Positions 32,126 to 48,731 are shown, counted from the first letter of the stretch. The stretch: 64,000 nt of DNA from the human T2T-CHM13v2.0 reference genome, Homo sapiens (GCF_009914755.1 NC_060938.1), one strand, 5' to 3'. Program-made: numbers and translations. Notes: a model not told the origin generated them from the sequence alone.

Positions 32126-33767
32126 ATTTTTTAATGAGATATTTCATGAAAAAATTGCAGATATCCAGGGTCTCTTCAAAGATCTGAAGACATGGCAACA
32201 CTGGGCCCACATTCCTGCATGGCAGCAGCTGGGCGGAGCTGAGAATCTGCTGCCTCCATAAGAAACACTTCAAATGATCAGTCTTTACCTAGTTTCATGT
32301 GCTCTTTTATATTATCATCATAGCCTCAGTTTACAATTTGTGTTTGTGATCCATACTAAGAGATTCTTATTTCCACACGGCAACCCACTTCTACCTCCAC
32401 CTTTTCAGCACTCCACTCCAACACATGCATGTGCACACATACCCACCACCCTTGGTCATTACTAGTCAACTGTATCTTCAGCCAGTTTCCAGATTATGAC
32501 ACACAGTTTCACAGGAATTCCTCCCTCTGTCTAGAACACTTTTCCCCAACTTTCTGCCTTCTTAGCTATACCTATTCACCATTCAAGTAATTTCAAGTGA
32601 GCCCTTCACTAACCTTGTCTACCCTTCCATGCTACCAACACCAAGTACAAAGGATAGCTCTTTCCTTTCTAAACCATTTGTTTCATGTATTTGATGCATG
32701 TCATCTTCCCTTCCTGCCTGACTGTAAACCTCCTGAAGGCAGGACCCTTGTCTCCTGTCTTTATTTATATCTTTAGTTCTACTGCAGTGCTTAGCACACA
32801 GCAAATAAACAATGAATATTTGAGAAGTAAGTCAAATAATGATTGATTTTCTCTGGGAAAAGAGAATATCTGCAAAGAACAGAACACTGGACAAAAAGAA
32901 CAATTTATGTTCTGAATTATGAACTCATCCATACATAAAGAAATAAGGGCAAGGACACAAAACACATTAACTCAAAACATTCTTATTGCTATATCATTTA
33001 CTTTTCCCTTTAAACTTAGAGGAATTTTTTTAAACTGCAATTTCTAAAATACAGTTCAGTTGAAAAAGGTTTAATTATTTACCTAATTGACATACACTTT
33101 TTTCTTAACTCATATTTTGGCATTGTCTAGTATACCCAGATGTTTATATCATCAAAATAATTTTTTAACCATTTATGGCAACTCAGAAAACTGCATCTGG
33201 TACTTCTTATATGTTTCCTCTAAAATCACCACTTCTGCCAAAAACATCTATAAAGAAATCTCTCAAAAGGTTTGGGTAACAAAGCGTCTGGGAATGTATT
33301 TGGCCTGTGTTCAACAGGACATTATATGTTTTCTTGTATAAATCATGTCCTGGAAAACGGAATGTCTTTATTTAAAATAAAAACTTTACCATCCAGCACC
33401 GTAAAGGTAGTTCCACGAAAAATATTTTAAGCTTCTTTTATATCTGTAGCTTTAAAACATGTTTTTATGCTTCATATTACAGTAAGTTTTACTGGGACTC
33501 ATTTTATACATTCTTCTAGATTTTCTTTTAAAAAATGGTCTAAGGAAATTTTCCATTCTCAACTCTTAGGAGACTTTTAAAAGTAGTCATTCAACCTTCT
33601 TAAAAAAAAAATCAGTTATGCTGCCCTTTCAGATACAGGTATAAACTAGCAGACAGACCAAAAGATCTTCCTGATGTTAGAACTAAATTTGTATTGCTTA
33701 TGAAAACTCACTTTTCTTTGCACACCATAAAATTCACCACCTTTCTGAATCATAGTTATCAAAATAA

Positions 33768-34245
<478 letters not shown>

Positions 34246-35785
34246 TAATTTCTCATCAATAGCAATTCCATGGAATTCTGAACTCTGATCAGCTCAGAGT
34301 AGTTAATGAAAACCACTGTCATATGTGCTTCATAGGCCACTCTACTGAGTTTGGATATGGGATGGCATGTGAAGTCTTTGGAACTGTATTGAAGAACACT
34401 TTCAGGTAAAATGCTGAAAGAATAATTTTTTAAAAGGAAGGATAGCAGTAATTCTTTTAACAGCCAACACTGTCTATTAAACTATAGTACTTAGGATCGT
34501 AGGATTTATTTTCTTCGTTACTTTCCCGGGAAGAGGGATAGAGGGGGAGGGAGACAGGGAGAAATATTTAAACAGTTCCCTACTGCTGGTTTATGTCTCT
34601 ACTCAAGTTCCTTTTCTCCATGGAATGCTGCCTGACCCTTAATGGGATTCTGGAGGAACTAAATATGCCCTGTCTTATGATCACTGTTGTGCATCACTGT
34701 CTTCAATTACTAACCTACGGGGTATCTACACGATGTGTCATTTCCTTAGCTAAACTCCTTGGAAAAGGGATACTATCTAGTATCTCATATAGCACCTAAT
34801 GGGAAGCCAAGTAGTTGGTTCTCATTAAATATTTAGTGCCTGATAAGCATCTGTCTTCATACTTTTCACACAAGGCCCAAAAATACTCTTAATTCATAAG
34901 CACAGATGCACATACATACTCTAAGAAATGACTGAAATTATCAACAGTCTACTGTTTCAATATTGGCATTATTTGCAACAGCTCTCTTTTTCATATGTTT
35001 GACCAGACTGAATCATCTCATCTCTGGTAGCAATGATATAATCAACCATTTGGAATAAAATACTTTTAAAAGTGAGCTTCCTAATATTGTTTAAATGCTG
35101 AAACTGTGTATCAATTAATCATTAGTCTACAGATGCTTAGAAGTAACCAATACTTTGCCTTTACGATTCAAGTCTCCATGTACTTTCTTCCAACAAAAGG
35201 CAATCTGTCTTTTTCAAAATTGTTTCTCCTGGCAAATATTTTTGCTGTCTGGCCAAGTTTTGTGTTAAAAATAAAGTACAGTATTACAACATCAATCAAC
35301 ATTTAAAGTACTTAATGATCTAGGAGAGAAAATATACAGCGATTCTTTTGAAACAAGTGAGCTAATCAAAGTTTTGTTTACATTATCAAATCAAGAGTGC
35401 AGCTTTGAGAAAATAAAATTGCATTTGTATTTAGAGATATAAAAGTGATATTAAAGCACTTAGGTAATATAAGAAAACAGATTGTTAAGAAGAGCTGTAA
35501 ATGGCAAGAATGACTTACAGACATAACAGAACCAACTGTCTCTTTACACCCCTTCCTGTTTGTGCAACACTGGCCTCTTGCCTGCCCTTTCAAATACCAG
35601 TTATACAAGCATAATCAGAGCTTTCTCTGTAGCTAATATTGATTCCACAAAATGAATCCAAAGTTCGTATACGTTTACAATGAATATTAGTATTTTCCAC
35701 CTAAGCTTTATCATCTATAATCAAGAACATCTGAAAATATTCTACTAGTGGGGGCTTAAATGAGTGTCTGAAAAAGTACTAAATA

Positions 35786-36014
35786 CAGGTTGAGTATCCC
35801 TTACCCAAAATGCTTGGAACCAGAAGTGTTTCAGATTTTGGATTTTTCAGACTTTGGAATATCTACATTATAGTACTACTGGCTGAGCATCCCTAATCCA
35901 AAAATCCAAAATCCAAAATGCTCCAATAAGCATTTCATTTGAGCATCATGTCACCTTTCAAAAAGTTTTAGACTTTGGAGCATTTCAGACTTTGGATTAG
36001 GGATGCTCAACCTG
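35786..36014. mobile_element. Tigger4a/MER46A-like (TcMar) MITE
   Basis: TIRs caggttgagtatccct / agggatgctcaacctg flanked by TA. Confidence 0.9.
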
Positions 36015-37729
36015 TATTTCAAGAACTCTGATAATATTTATTAACTACAATAAATCTTAGAATTTTAAATTTACCATCAACTATTGGGAATTACTTAGGT
36101 AGGTGTCTAAAAGAGGATGTGGCCTTAGATATTATAGTAGCATAACATATAGCACTGAGTTGTCACAAAGCAATGAGCTGGTTCACAACACTGCTGTTTC
36201 ACCTCCATTAGTCTAGCCCAACCCGAAGATTATCAATTCCCAGTGTGTCTCCTCTCAGTTGCCCATATGTCTTCCAGATAATGTTGTAGTTGCACTGGCC
36301 TTCGATCTAACTAGACTGTTTTCTAAATAAATACTGCTCTTGGTAAAGGCAACCATTTCAACGTTAGGGCACAATACAGAAGATGCTACCATATTTTCAG
36401 GGGAAACTGGAGATATACAGAACAAAATACAAGTCAGACTATAAATAACCATTTTCCTGATAGGGCTACAATAACATGAAAAGACCACGAATTATGGTAA
36501 TAGGTAAAAAGATCGGAGTTCAAATCTTGCCTCTTTAATCTATAAAATTGATAATACCACTTATTTTAGAGATGCTTATAAAAAGTAAATGATGAGAAGA
36601 CTAAATACATAAATGTTATGTCAAATGTCCATAATAGACACTCAATACATAATTGTTTCCTTGCTGCCCATTTTCAGGCCCTCTACTAGATTTAGAGATC
36701 CTAGCCTGGTCAAGTCTTACAAGGTAGAAGACTTTTGGTTTGGCAGTAACTTGCCTCAGAATCAAGTCATTTTGAGGACAATTACTTCACATCTATCTTT
36801 TTTTCTCTGTATTCCTAAAAATCTCCCCTGTCCTGTCTCCTGCTGGATTTAGGCCAGCTTACTTTGGCTTGTCCTTTGGTCTCCATGCGTCAGTGGTTCC
36901 TGCCGGCTTGCCTCCCTAGTGTCTAAGTCACTGCTTCTGTTGTTGACAGCTCCTCTGCTGTACCATCTCCTTCTATTTTTGCTTATTTCTAATTTCATGT
37001 TAGGTGGTATGTATTTCTTAACTACATGCCTTGTTACTATTGTGCCTAACCTAGACATCTAAAGTTGATGCATTTCTAGGCTCCGTTATCACCTTTCCAA
37101 TAACCCTGAATCATTACCTACTAAATGCAGCCCTAGAATAGTTTTGACTTCCTGGTTGCCTCTAAATCAGAGAGGAAATGAGGATATGCCATCTTTGTCA
37201 GCTGTTGGATTCAACAAAGCCCTGTAAGCCACCTGATCACTGAACCAATTAATAATCCTAAGCATAGGACATACCTTAGGGTATGGACAGGGCATATGAG
37301 GCACCTTATAAACATCAAAAAATACATGATGCACCTGTGGTAAAACACCATCTACAATCATAAAAATCTAGCTATACCCAGACATTCATTCTACAGAAAG
37401 TTGCTCTTTTATTTGAGAATTCTGCCTTCTCTAACAGATCAGATGGCCTTAGGCAAGATGCACGTGAACTGATAAGGGAGAAATCATATCCATAAAAAGT
37501 CAAATCAGTCCAATCAACCCCTCTGATGGTCAACAGGGTGACAGCCAATGCAATGGCATTGCCTCAACATCCAGGAAAACTAACTGGACAGCCAGGGCCA
37601 ACTTAATGACTCTGGTTTCACTAGGACCATACTTAAATTGAAGCAAGTCAGTCAGGGAAGATACAAATGGAAGTCACACATCAATGAAGTTGGTCTCACT
37701 CAACTATGCCAATTTATGACAGAAGACTA

Positions 37730-37900
<171 letters not shown>

Positions 37901-38229
37901 TTATTAAAAAAAAGTATGCAAAAATTATTTCACAAACTATAAGGCTGAGAGACATCTTAGAGTCAACCTCTACATTTCAGCTGGTGAAGCTGCACCTCTA
38001 TGACCTTGGGCAAATGTATCCAACCAATAAGTATCAAAGGCAGAACCCACATTCTTTTCAATACAATACTGCCTCATTTAGAGGAACTAAATAAAAAGAG
38101 CAGATGCCACTGAAAGACAACATGATGACAGAAGTAAAAAAAAAAAAAAAAAAAAGTAACAACATAAACTACAAAAAAACAAAGATACAGGAAGTCCAGA
38201 TATATAGCAACAAATGTTCTCTTTTTCAT

Positions 38230-39120
38230 TTTTGAAAGTCTAATAAAGTGATGTTGATTATGACTTTGTTACTTTAAATTTTATTTCCCTGACCACTACT
38301 AGTGAATTTGAGCATTACTTTTCATGTTTACAGGGCAAGCTGGATCTGTCCTTCTGTGAAAACCTCTTTGCATACATTGCCCAAGATTCTACTGAGTTCT
38401 ATTTCTCCTGTCCATCTGTAAGAGCACCTTGTATAGCAGATATGAAGCTTTTTCACCTGTGCTAAGCAAATACCGTTACCATATCTGCCATTTTTCTACT
38501 GACTCTATAATATCTTTTGTCATGTAAACATTTTAAATACTATATAGTCAAACATGTTCTACTTTGCTTTTACAGCTTCTTAAGTTTTAGTCTTGGTTAG
38601 GATCCTCCTTGCCCTTAGAATGTAAATGTAGTCTTCCAGATTTTATTACAAGATATTTTGTAATATAGTTAAATCTTTAACACAGTGTTTCTTAATGGGA
38701 GTGGCTTTGGCATTCCTTGCCCAATAAATGCCATCTATCCCCAGATAATCAGCACCACTCCCAGTTGAAAATCCCTGCTTTAATACAATTAGACTTTACT
38801 TTTGTTTATGATGTAAGGTGAGGGTCTGTTGTTTTTTTTTCCTTCCTTCCTATGGACAGCTGGTTTTATCAACATCATTAATTAGATAAGCTATCCTTTT
38901 TCTCATTAAATTAGTTTAGGTTTTAGTTTCAAATTCTCAAATATATCCTGGGCTCTATTTCTGGATTCTCCTTAATCCACTAATCTAGTCAATATTGTAT
39001 CGATTTATGGCTCTATTATGACATCTAGTAGGCAGGTCTCTCCTCACTGCATTATTTCTCATAATTTTCTTGGCTATTCTCAAGTATTCTCCCATGTAAA
39101 TTTAAGGTCAAGTTTTGCCA
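38230..39120 (-). mobile_element. Old L1M fragment
   Basis: Diverged antisense L1 ORF2/3' words (actagtgaatttgagcat, ctatttctggattctc, ttcttggctattct). Confidence 0.6.
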
Positions 39121-39131
39121 TCTTCAATCAG

Positions 39132-39675
39132 TGTGATAGCCTTTTTACTGTGTCATCCTGGATAGGTCACAGTCCCCAGTTATTCAATCAAATATGATCT
39201 AGATGTTGCTGTGAAGGTATTCTGCAAATGTAATCAAAGTCCTTAATCAGTTGAATTTAAGAAAGGCACATTATTCTGGATAATTTGGGTGGGCCCGACT
39301 GAACCAGTTTTAAAGTTCTTAAAAGCCAGGGTTTAGCCTTCCCCCTAAAAAAGAAGAAATTCCTTCTTTGGACCGCAGGTTCCGCCTATGCCTATGGAGT
39401 TCCATCCTGCTTGTGACTTTCCTTTCCTGGCTGCCTGTGGACAACAGCTTTGGCCCATGCCTGCTGAGTTCCAGCCTGCCTTTGATGTGGGCTTCCCATC
39501 TTGACTGCCAACCCTACAAATTTCAGACTTGCTTATCCAGCGGCTGCAATCTTGTAGCCAATTCCTTGTAATAAATTGCATGTGTGTATCCATATATATC
39601 AATATATAAATTTGACACATATACATACACACCCTACTGATCCTGCTTTTAGGGGCTGAAACCTGATTGATATAT
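39132..39675 (+). mobile_element. MLT2 (ERVL) solo LTR
   Basis: tgtgatag...ttattcaatcaaa...tagatgttgctgtgaaggtatt...taatcagttga...ggataatttgggtgggcc. Confidence 0.8.
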
Positions 39676-40010
39676 AGAGGGAAATTGAAAATTTTAAATA
39701 AAATATTTACTATTCAAAAATCCACAAAACTAAATTTAGTGTGAAGGAAATGTAAACTTTCAAATGATTTTTTTAACCCACACCATTTGTACTTATGAAG
39801 TTATTAAAGCTTAAATCTACGCTTAGATTTTTTCCAAAATCAGCATTTAGATTTTGTTATTCTTTCTACCAGTTGTTTGGTTTTTATTTCATTAATTACA
39901 GCTTTTATTTTTATTAATTCCCTCAATTTCTTCTCATTTATTTTGTTCTTCTTTTAAATGTATATTACACTTTAAATTTTAAAAAATAAAACTAGTTTTA
40001 AAAGAAGATT

Positions 40011-40325
40011 TGGCTGGGTGCTGTGACACATGCCTATAGTCCCAGCTAGTCAAAAGGCTGAGGCAGGAGGATTGCTTGAGTCCAGAAATGCAAGGCTGTA
40101 GTGCACTATTATGATCACACTGGTGAAGAGCCACTGCATTCCAGCCTGGGAAGCATAGCAAGATTTCATCTCTAATTAAAATAAGAAAAAAATGCCAGGC
40201 ATAGAGGCTCACGCCTGTAATTCCAACATTTTGTGAGGTCAAGACAGGAGGACTGTTTGAGCCCAGGAGTTTGAGACCAGCCTGGACAACAAAGCAAGAC
40301 TCTGTCTCTAAGAAAAAAGAGAAGA
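40011..40325 (+). mobile_element. Adjacent Alu monomers (right-arm type, then left-arm type)
   Basis: 40011-40190 and 40193-40325. Confidence 0.85.
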
Positions 40326-40535
40326 AGATCTGGACTTCCATTCTAGCAGTTCCACAGACTGTATACTCTGGATCCACTAGAAACCACTAAGAGTATTAGA
40401 TAAAATACATCTTTTAAATGTATTAATGAGCTGACAAGAAAGTAAGTATAAATGGTCAATAAACATATTAAAAGATGCTTGACCTCACTGGTAATTAGGG
40501 AAGTGCAAATTAAAACCACAGGAAGACAGCCCTTC

Positions 40536-40918
40536 TGCTATGGCTTGAATGTATACCCACAAGTTCATTTGCTGAAAACCTGATTCCCAATGTGGCAGTA
40601 TTGGGAGGTAGGGCCTGATGGGAGGTGTTTGGTTCATGGGGGCACCACCCTCATGAATAGATTAATGTCCTTATTGTGGGAGTGGGTTCATAATCAAGGA
40701 AGTAGGTTCCTTGCAAGAGGAGGAGTTTGGCTCCCTCTTGTTCTCTCACCTTACCCTCTCTTTGCCACAGGATGATGTAGCAAGGAGGTTTACCAGTTGC
40801 TGGCACCTTAATCTTGGATTTCCCAGCTTCCAGAACCCATGAGCTACTAAGTTTCTGTTCATTATAAATAAACCAGTCTGTGGTATTCTATTGTATCAGC
40901 ACAAAATGGACTAAGACA
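40536..40918 (+). mobile_element. MST (ERVL-MaLR) solo LTR nested in an old L1M (about 40330-41960)
   Basis: tgctatggcttgaatgt...cacaaaatggactaagaca; L1M words on both flanks. Confidence 0.85.
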
Positions 40919-41318
40919 CTTCCTACCCATCAGATTGTCAAAAACTTTGAAAGTCTGATAATGTCAAGTGTTGACAAGGATGTAGAACAAGAAGTCATGT
41001 GCCTGCTAGTGGGAGTAAATTAGCACAACCACTTCAGAAAACAATTAATCATCTAATAAAGCTGAAGTTGACCATATATGTCCTATAACTCAGCAATTCC
41101 AATCAAGATATACATCTAAAAAAACTCTTGTATGTTTAGAAGATATCTGAAATACCCTTTATTAATAAAATGGGTAAATTATATATTAATGCAATGCATA
41201 CAGAAGTGAAAATAACAAATCACCTATATACAGTAACACACAGTAATATGACTGAATCTCATAAACACTATGGTAAGTTTTTTAAAAAAGCAAGTCTCAG
41301 CCGGGTGCGGTGGCTCAC

Positions 41319-41600
41319 GCCTGTAATCCCAGCACTTTGGGAGGCTGATGTGGATGGATCACCTGAAGTCAGGAGTTCAACAACAGCCTGGCCAACATGG
41401 TGAAACCCTGTCTCTACTAAAAATACAAAAATTAGCCAGGCGTGATGGTGTGTGCCTGTAATCTCAGCTACTTGGGAGGCTGAGGCAGGAGAATCACTTG
41501 AACCCAGGGCAAAGGTTGTAGTGAGCTGAGATCACGCCCTTGCACTCCAGCCTGAGCAAAGAGCGAAACGCCGTCTCAAAAAAAAAAAAAAAAAAAAAAA
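41319..41600 (+). mobile_element. AluS
   Basis: TSD aaaaaagcaagtctcag. Confidence 0.95.
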
Positions 41601-42133
41601 GCAAGTCTCAGAAAAATTACTGAATTTACATATAGTTCAAATTCCATTTACATAGACTTCAAAAATATGCAAAACCAAACAATGGATTGTTTGGAGCGTC
41701 AAACCTATGTGATAAGAACCATAAAGAAAACAAGCAGAAAAAGAAAAAAGAAAACCAAACAAAATAAGGAAGTAATAAACATAACATTTTGGAATAGTGG
41801 TTGCCTAAGAGGTGGAAGATGAGAATGGGATGTGAAGGGGTGCATAAGGAACTTCAAAGGATGAAGTTTTATTTCTTACACTGGGTGGTGACAGTGTGGG
41901 TATTTGCTGCATTGTTAGTCTTATATTTTATACATATTATCTAAATTGTTTTGCAGCCATTTAATACTTAATTAAAATGTTAAAACTTTATTAGGAAGTA
42001 TATCTTCACTTACTTGGGACGTTAATGTTCCTGAAGAACAGCATAATTACCTCCACTAATGTCAGGTAAATGAATTTTATCATTTTCTACCAGTTATTGA
42101 CAGTCTATTTATGACATAGAAAAGCTTCTCCTA

Positions 42134-42566
<433 letters not shown>

Positions 42567-42647
42567 TTAAAGGATGTTATTATACAAAAAAAAAAAGATT
42601 TAATGGGATAATATATATTGTTTTAATCCATGTGAAATGAGTGCTCA

Positions 42648-43004
<357 letters not shown>

Positions 43005-43279
43005 TTATAAAGTTAAATTATAGATTAATTTGGGTGTTTTTTCCCCGGAGACCTCTAAAATACCTCTATGTGCCAAAAAATTTAAATGTCCTGTCATCTT
43101 ACATTTGCTGTGTCTACTCTAAACTATGACACCTTAGGGAAATCCTGGGTATCTTGTTCACTGTCAGGCTACAGCAGAGGGCTGGATTCAGGGTAGAAAA
43201 TTTACTAAATGAACAGTTTAGGAGATTATTTCCAAGACAAAGACTCTACAAGTAACTGTTCCATGAATAATAAAACCTA

Positions 43280-43456
<177 letters not shown>

Positions 43457-43753
43457 TTAGAATGTTAAGCCATTTTAAATTTTAATAATCCAACGAAAAC
43501 AGTTCAAATGTCTCAAACAGAAAAGAATATATGCCTTAGTGATAATGTTAAGCGGTACTAAACTAATGAGATCACTTTCCTCTGCCTAAACACTTCTCCA
43601 TCTTGTCTATCTTGCAGATTCTTCTCTCCCTTCGTAACTCTTCTCAAATATTTCCTCTTTGGCAACACTTTCTCTACAGTCTCAGTTCCACACTGCTTTG
43701 TATACATACCCACTCTAATAATTACATTATACTGTAAAGTAGACCTCAAAAAC

Positions 43754-44078
<325 letters not shown>

Positions 44079-44846
44079 TAACACAGAGGTACAAATTTAA
44101 AGTTTTGCTTAGGCATAAAACTACAAGTCCTTGTTACTTCCTCATTCTCATATCCCCTAATCACCTCCGACAACTAGCAGTTAATTTACTGTCAATAATT
44201 ACTGAATGCATGAATAAACAAATGGATGGATGAATGATCTAAAGTGAGTAAATGTAAGGATAGGAGGTAGAATGTGAAAAGGTATATTTGTTTCTCAGGG
44301 TAGAACTGCTCTGGTTACTATTATTGTGTCTCCAAAAAAGCATCTTCCATATGGACTAGAAAATGTAGTTACCTCAAAGCATAGATGAATAGCTATGAAC
44401 ATGTGAATCACCATTTCAAAGAACAATAATTAATGATGATTATCTGAAGTAGGTTCAACCTCCAGCCCTTATCTTAAAACCTAACTATTCTTTGTATGTG
44501 CGTATCTCTCTTTCTTTGTATTCTCCTCTTCATTACTTGATCATCTTTCCTTGTATTCTCCTCTTTATTACTTGATCATCTTTCCTTGTATTTCCTCAAC
44601 TCTCATCTCTCACTGGTAATAGGATACTAAAACAAATTTTTAATAATTACTAAATAAAGTTTATTTTCTCGTCTTAATTGTAAAAGGAGTCTAAATTAAC
44701 TTTTTGATGGCTACTCACCCTTCCCCTCTACCAGTGGGTAACCTTTCAGAGATTTCCCCGTGCCTCATCTAAAATAGCTCTCAAATTAGGCAAAATTACC
44801 AATAACTACAATTTTTCTTCATTGAAAGAGTGACCGTAGAGCTTAC

Positions 44847-45419
<573 letters not shown>

Positions 45420-45480
45420 TAAATTCAAGTTAGATTTCAAAGTATTTAGATACTTTAATAAGATGAAACATCCTACATTT

Positions 45481-45698
45481 TTTATTATGGTAAAATATAC
45501 ATAAAATTTACCATTTTAACCAGTTTTAAGTGTACAGTTCAGTGGCACTAAGTACATTCACACTGTTGTACAACCACCACCACCATCCATCTCCAGAACT
45601 TTTCTCACCTTCTCAAACTGAAACTCCATACCCATTAAATAGTAACTCCCCTTTCCCTTGAAAACTACCATCCTACTATCTATCTCTGTTAATGTGAT
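45481..45698 (-). mobile_element. L1MA/MB 3' end fragment
   Basis: aaaatttaccattttaacc...aagtgtacagttcagtggcactaagtacattcacactgttgtacaacca; TSD-like tcctaca(t/c)ttt. Confidence 0.85.
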
Positions 45699-45888
45699 CT
45701 TTCCTACACTTTATTGCATTAAATTCAAGTTAAATTTCAAAGAAACTTGAAGAGTTCTTCTGGTACCTGTTGCCCTGTTTTTGTAAATTCAATCACTCTT
45801 CCTGTGAAAGTGACTTTGAACAAATGGCAGTCCTTTTAAAGACTAAGAATTAAGTTAAATAAGAAAAGTCAGCAAAATAAAAATGTAG

Positions 45889-46040
<152 letters not shown>

Positions 46041-48731
46041 CTACAAATAAAAGAAAAAGGTACAAATGAATAGCCTGCAATTTTTGTGCTTCCAGGCTAA
46101 AACTCTAAGATGTAATTTATCATAAAATGTTTTGTAAGGAACCCTGGAAGTCATTTTGTCCAGCTCCCAATTTAATACAAAATGGATTCTATGACACTCC
46201 CTTGCCTTTGACCCCCTTGTATTCATGGTGAATTCACAACTTTCCAAAGGCTATCCCACTGATGAACTGCTCTGAATATTAGTTATCTTTTACTATCATC
46301 TTTCTGCCTATATTAAACACAATAACCTCTATCTCTGACTCCAGAGAGTCCTAAGAGGTAGATATAGATAAAGCACCTATCTAGGCTTATGTCACTGGTG
46401 TACTTCCTTAATGTATAATGATTACATTCAAAATACTGCAATAGTCTCCCAGGGGTTTTAATTTCCGGTTAAATTCTTATTCAAGAGCAGCCCATTAAAG
46501 CTCATTAGGATCAACTCATTTTGAAGAGACTTTACCCATTAGCACCCTCTTGTGGAAAGAGCACAAGTTGGTAATCAGAAGATCTAAATTCAGCTCCCAA
46601 ATATCTCTGGACCTTGTTCAACTTTGTTGGTTAGCAATCACTCAGTGGGTGATTGTAGGAATGAAATGAGCTATGATGGCACTCTAGAAGTTAATAAATA
46701 CCAGGTGTTACTATTGTTAAGTAAGGGCTCACACCACCATAATCCGGTTTGTAGATCTGAGTTACTCATACAACAAGTATTTACTGAATAGCTATTAAAC
46801 TCTGTGTAATATATGCTATGTGATAGGTAGAAAATGAATGAGCCCATTCCTACCTCCCAGTGACTTTACATTTCATTGGGTGGGAGGCAGTATAGGACAC
46901 GTCGACAATTACCTGTACCCTAAATTAAAATATAAGTGCCCTCAAACTATAAGACTCAAACTAAATATTATGCAAGTTCAAAGGAAAAACATCACACCAG
47001 GAAGATTTGTTTTTGGATATGACAAGTGGGGTGCTAAATAAAGCACCCTTTAGGAAGAAAATGGAATTGAAGAATAGGCAAGATTCATAGAACAACTTGC
47101 AGGGGATCAGGTTCACCCTTCAGGCAGAAGAAGGCATATGAAAAGAAAAAGCAGAAGAAAAAGAAACAGGAAAACAGTGGCTCTGAGAAAGTGAGTAATA
47201 CAGTTTGGCTGGATGTAGCTGATAACATGAAATAAGGCTAAGGTGGTAGGAGCCTGGGACCATCCTTGAGTCAAGACCAGTTTTTGAAAAAAGGAGTAAA
47301 AAGATCACACCTCTATGTAAGGAAGGTTATTCTCAAAGTTATTATGAAAAATAAATGAAAAGTGCAGAGACTAGAAACTATTTTAATTAAGAGAAAATAA
47401 GGGCTTGAAAAGTGCAAAAAAAGAGTGAGAATACAGAATGTTACAGCATTTCTGCCAAACTGAAACATATAGCCAAATGATCACTCATTGTTTTAATCCC
47501 CGTTTTAAACAAGTTTTCCAGCTGAGTCTGAAGGTATAATAATATACTCTGCAAAGGTGGGGTAGGGGTTAATTCACAGGAATATTGTCTCTACTAGCCT
47601 ATAATTTATTTGCAGACAGATAGAAATGATTATCTCATTTTATCTCCCTTTGTGTCATAAATAGTAAAAAGATAAATACAAAGATGCATATACAACTAAT
47701 AGGAATACAAATGGACACAATTTTTTGTGAAATAATTTGGCAGTATAATCTCAGAAGTTTTAAAATGCTTCTTGATCTAGAAGTTCCGTTTCTCAAAACT
47801 TACCCTAAGGATATAATCTGTCATCAACACAAAAATACATGTCTTGGGATATCATGTCAACACTCAGTGATTTTGAAAAGTTAAAACACATAATAAATGA
47901 CTGCGTTAATCATGGCAAATCCAAATAATGGCATATTATGTAGCCACAAAATATTGCAAACATACATGGCTTAACATGTACTGACATTCATATTATTGAT
48001 AGAAACAGATTACAAAACAGTATGAATATTATAATCTCAGTTTTGCTTTAAAAAGGGTATATAATGTATACACACAGACATAAAAGTATAAAAAGGCACA
48101 CAAAAAGATTATCTCTGGGCATGTGGGGCTCTGTGTGATTTGTGTGATTTTCCTAAACATGAAAAATATAACCTTTTTACAACTAAAAAAAAAAAAACAA
48201 GAAAAAAGTTTTCTTGAGAGAAATAAAAATCTAAAATATATAAACAGGGACCGGGTCACTCAAGAGTGCTAATAAACCCAGTTAATTCTTCATACTGACC
48301 TTGGTCTCTACTCTGCTACTTCCTTTACTCTCTTCCTGCTAACATCCACATCCTGTTCAACTTAAGATCATTTGATGAAAAATACAACCACATAAATAGT
48401 TATTTTGGAGTTGAACAGAGCCAATTAAAATCAGTCAGAATTTCAAACTATACTCCTAAAATGGTAAGAGGCAGTGATCTAGGGTGATGGTCAAAACACA
48501 GACAGTTTGAATGCCAGATCTAAAGAGTCACAGACTCAAATGTGAAACCCCCACACACACTCTGAGTGCCTACCTTGGGCAGGTTATTTAATCTCTTTAC
48601 CTTCAGTTTCTTCATCCATAAAATACAGATAATGAATTTTGCAAGGATGAGCTAACATACAAAAAATACTTACTGAGTCTGATATTTAAGAAGTGTTCAG
48701 TTAAAGTTAATGCAAAAAAATGAAAAAATTA

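Noticed and set aside
35786-36014. Strong fold-back potential suggesting a miRNA or ncRNA hairpin
   Set aside because: Explained by the terminal and internal inverted repeats of the Tigger-type MITE; no evidence of expression
36849-37058. 69-aa ORF near an AAA|gtaagc donor
   Set aside because: Weak acceptor, and the TRIP11 frame hits a stop within three codons
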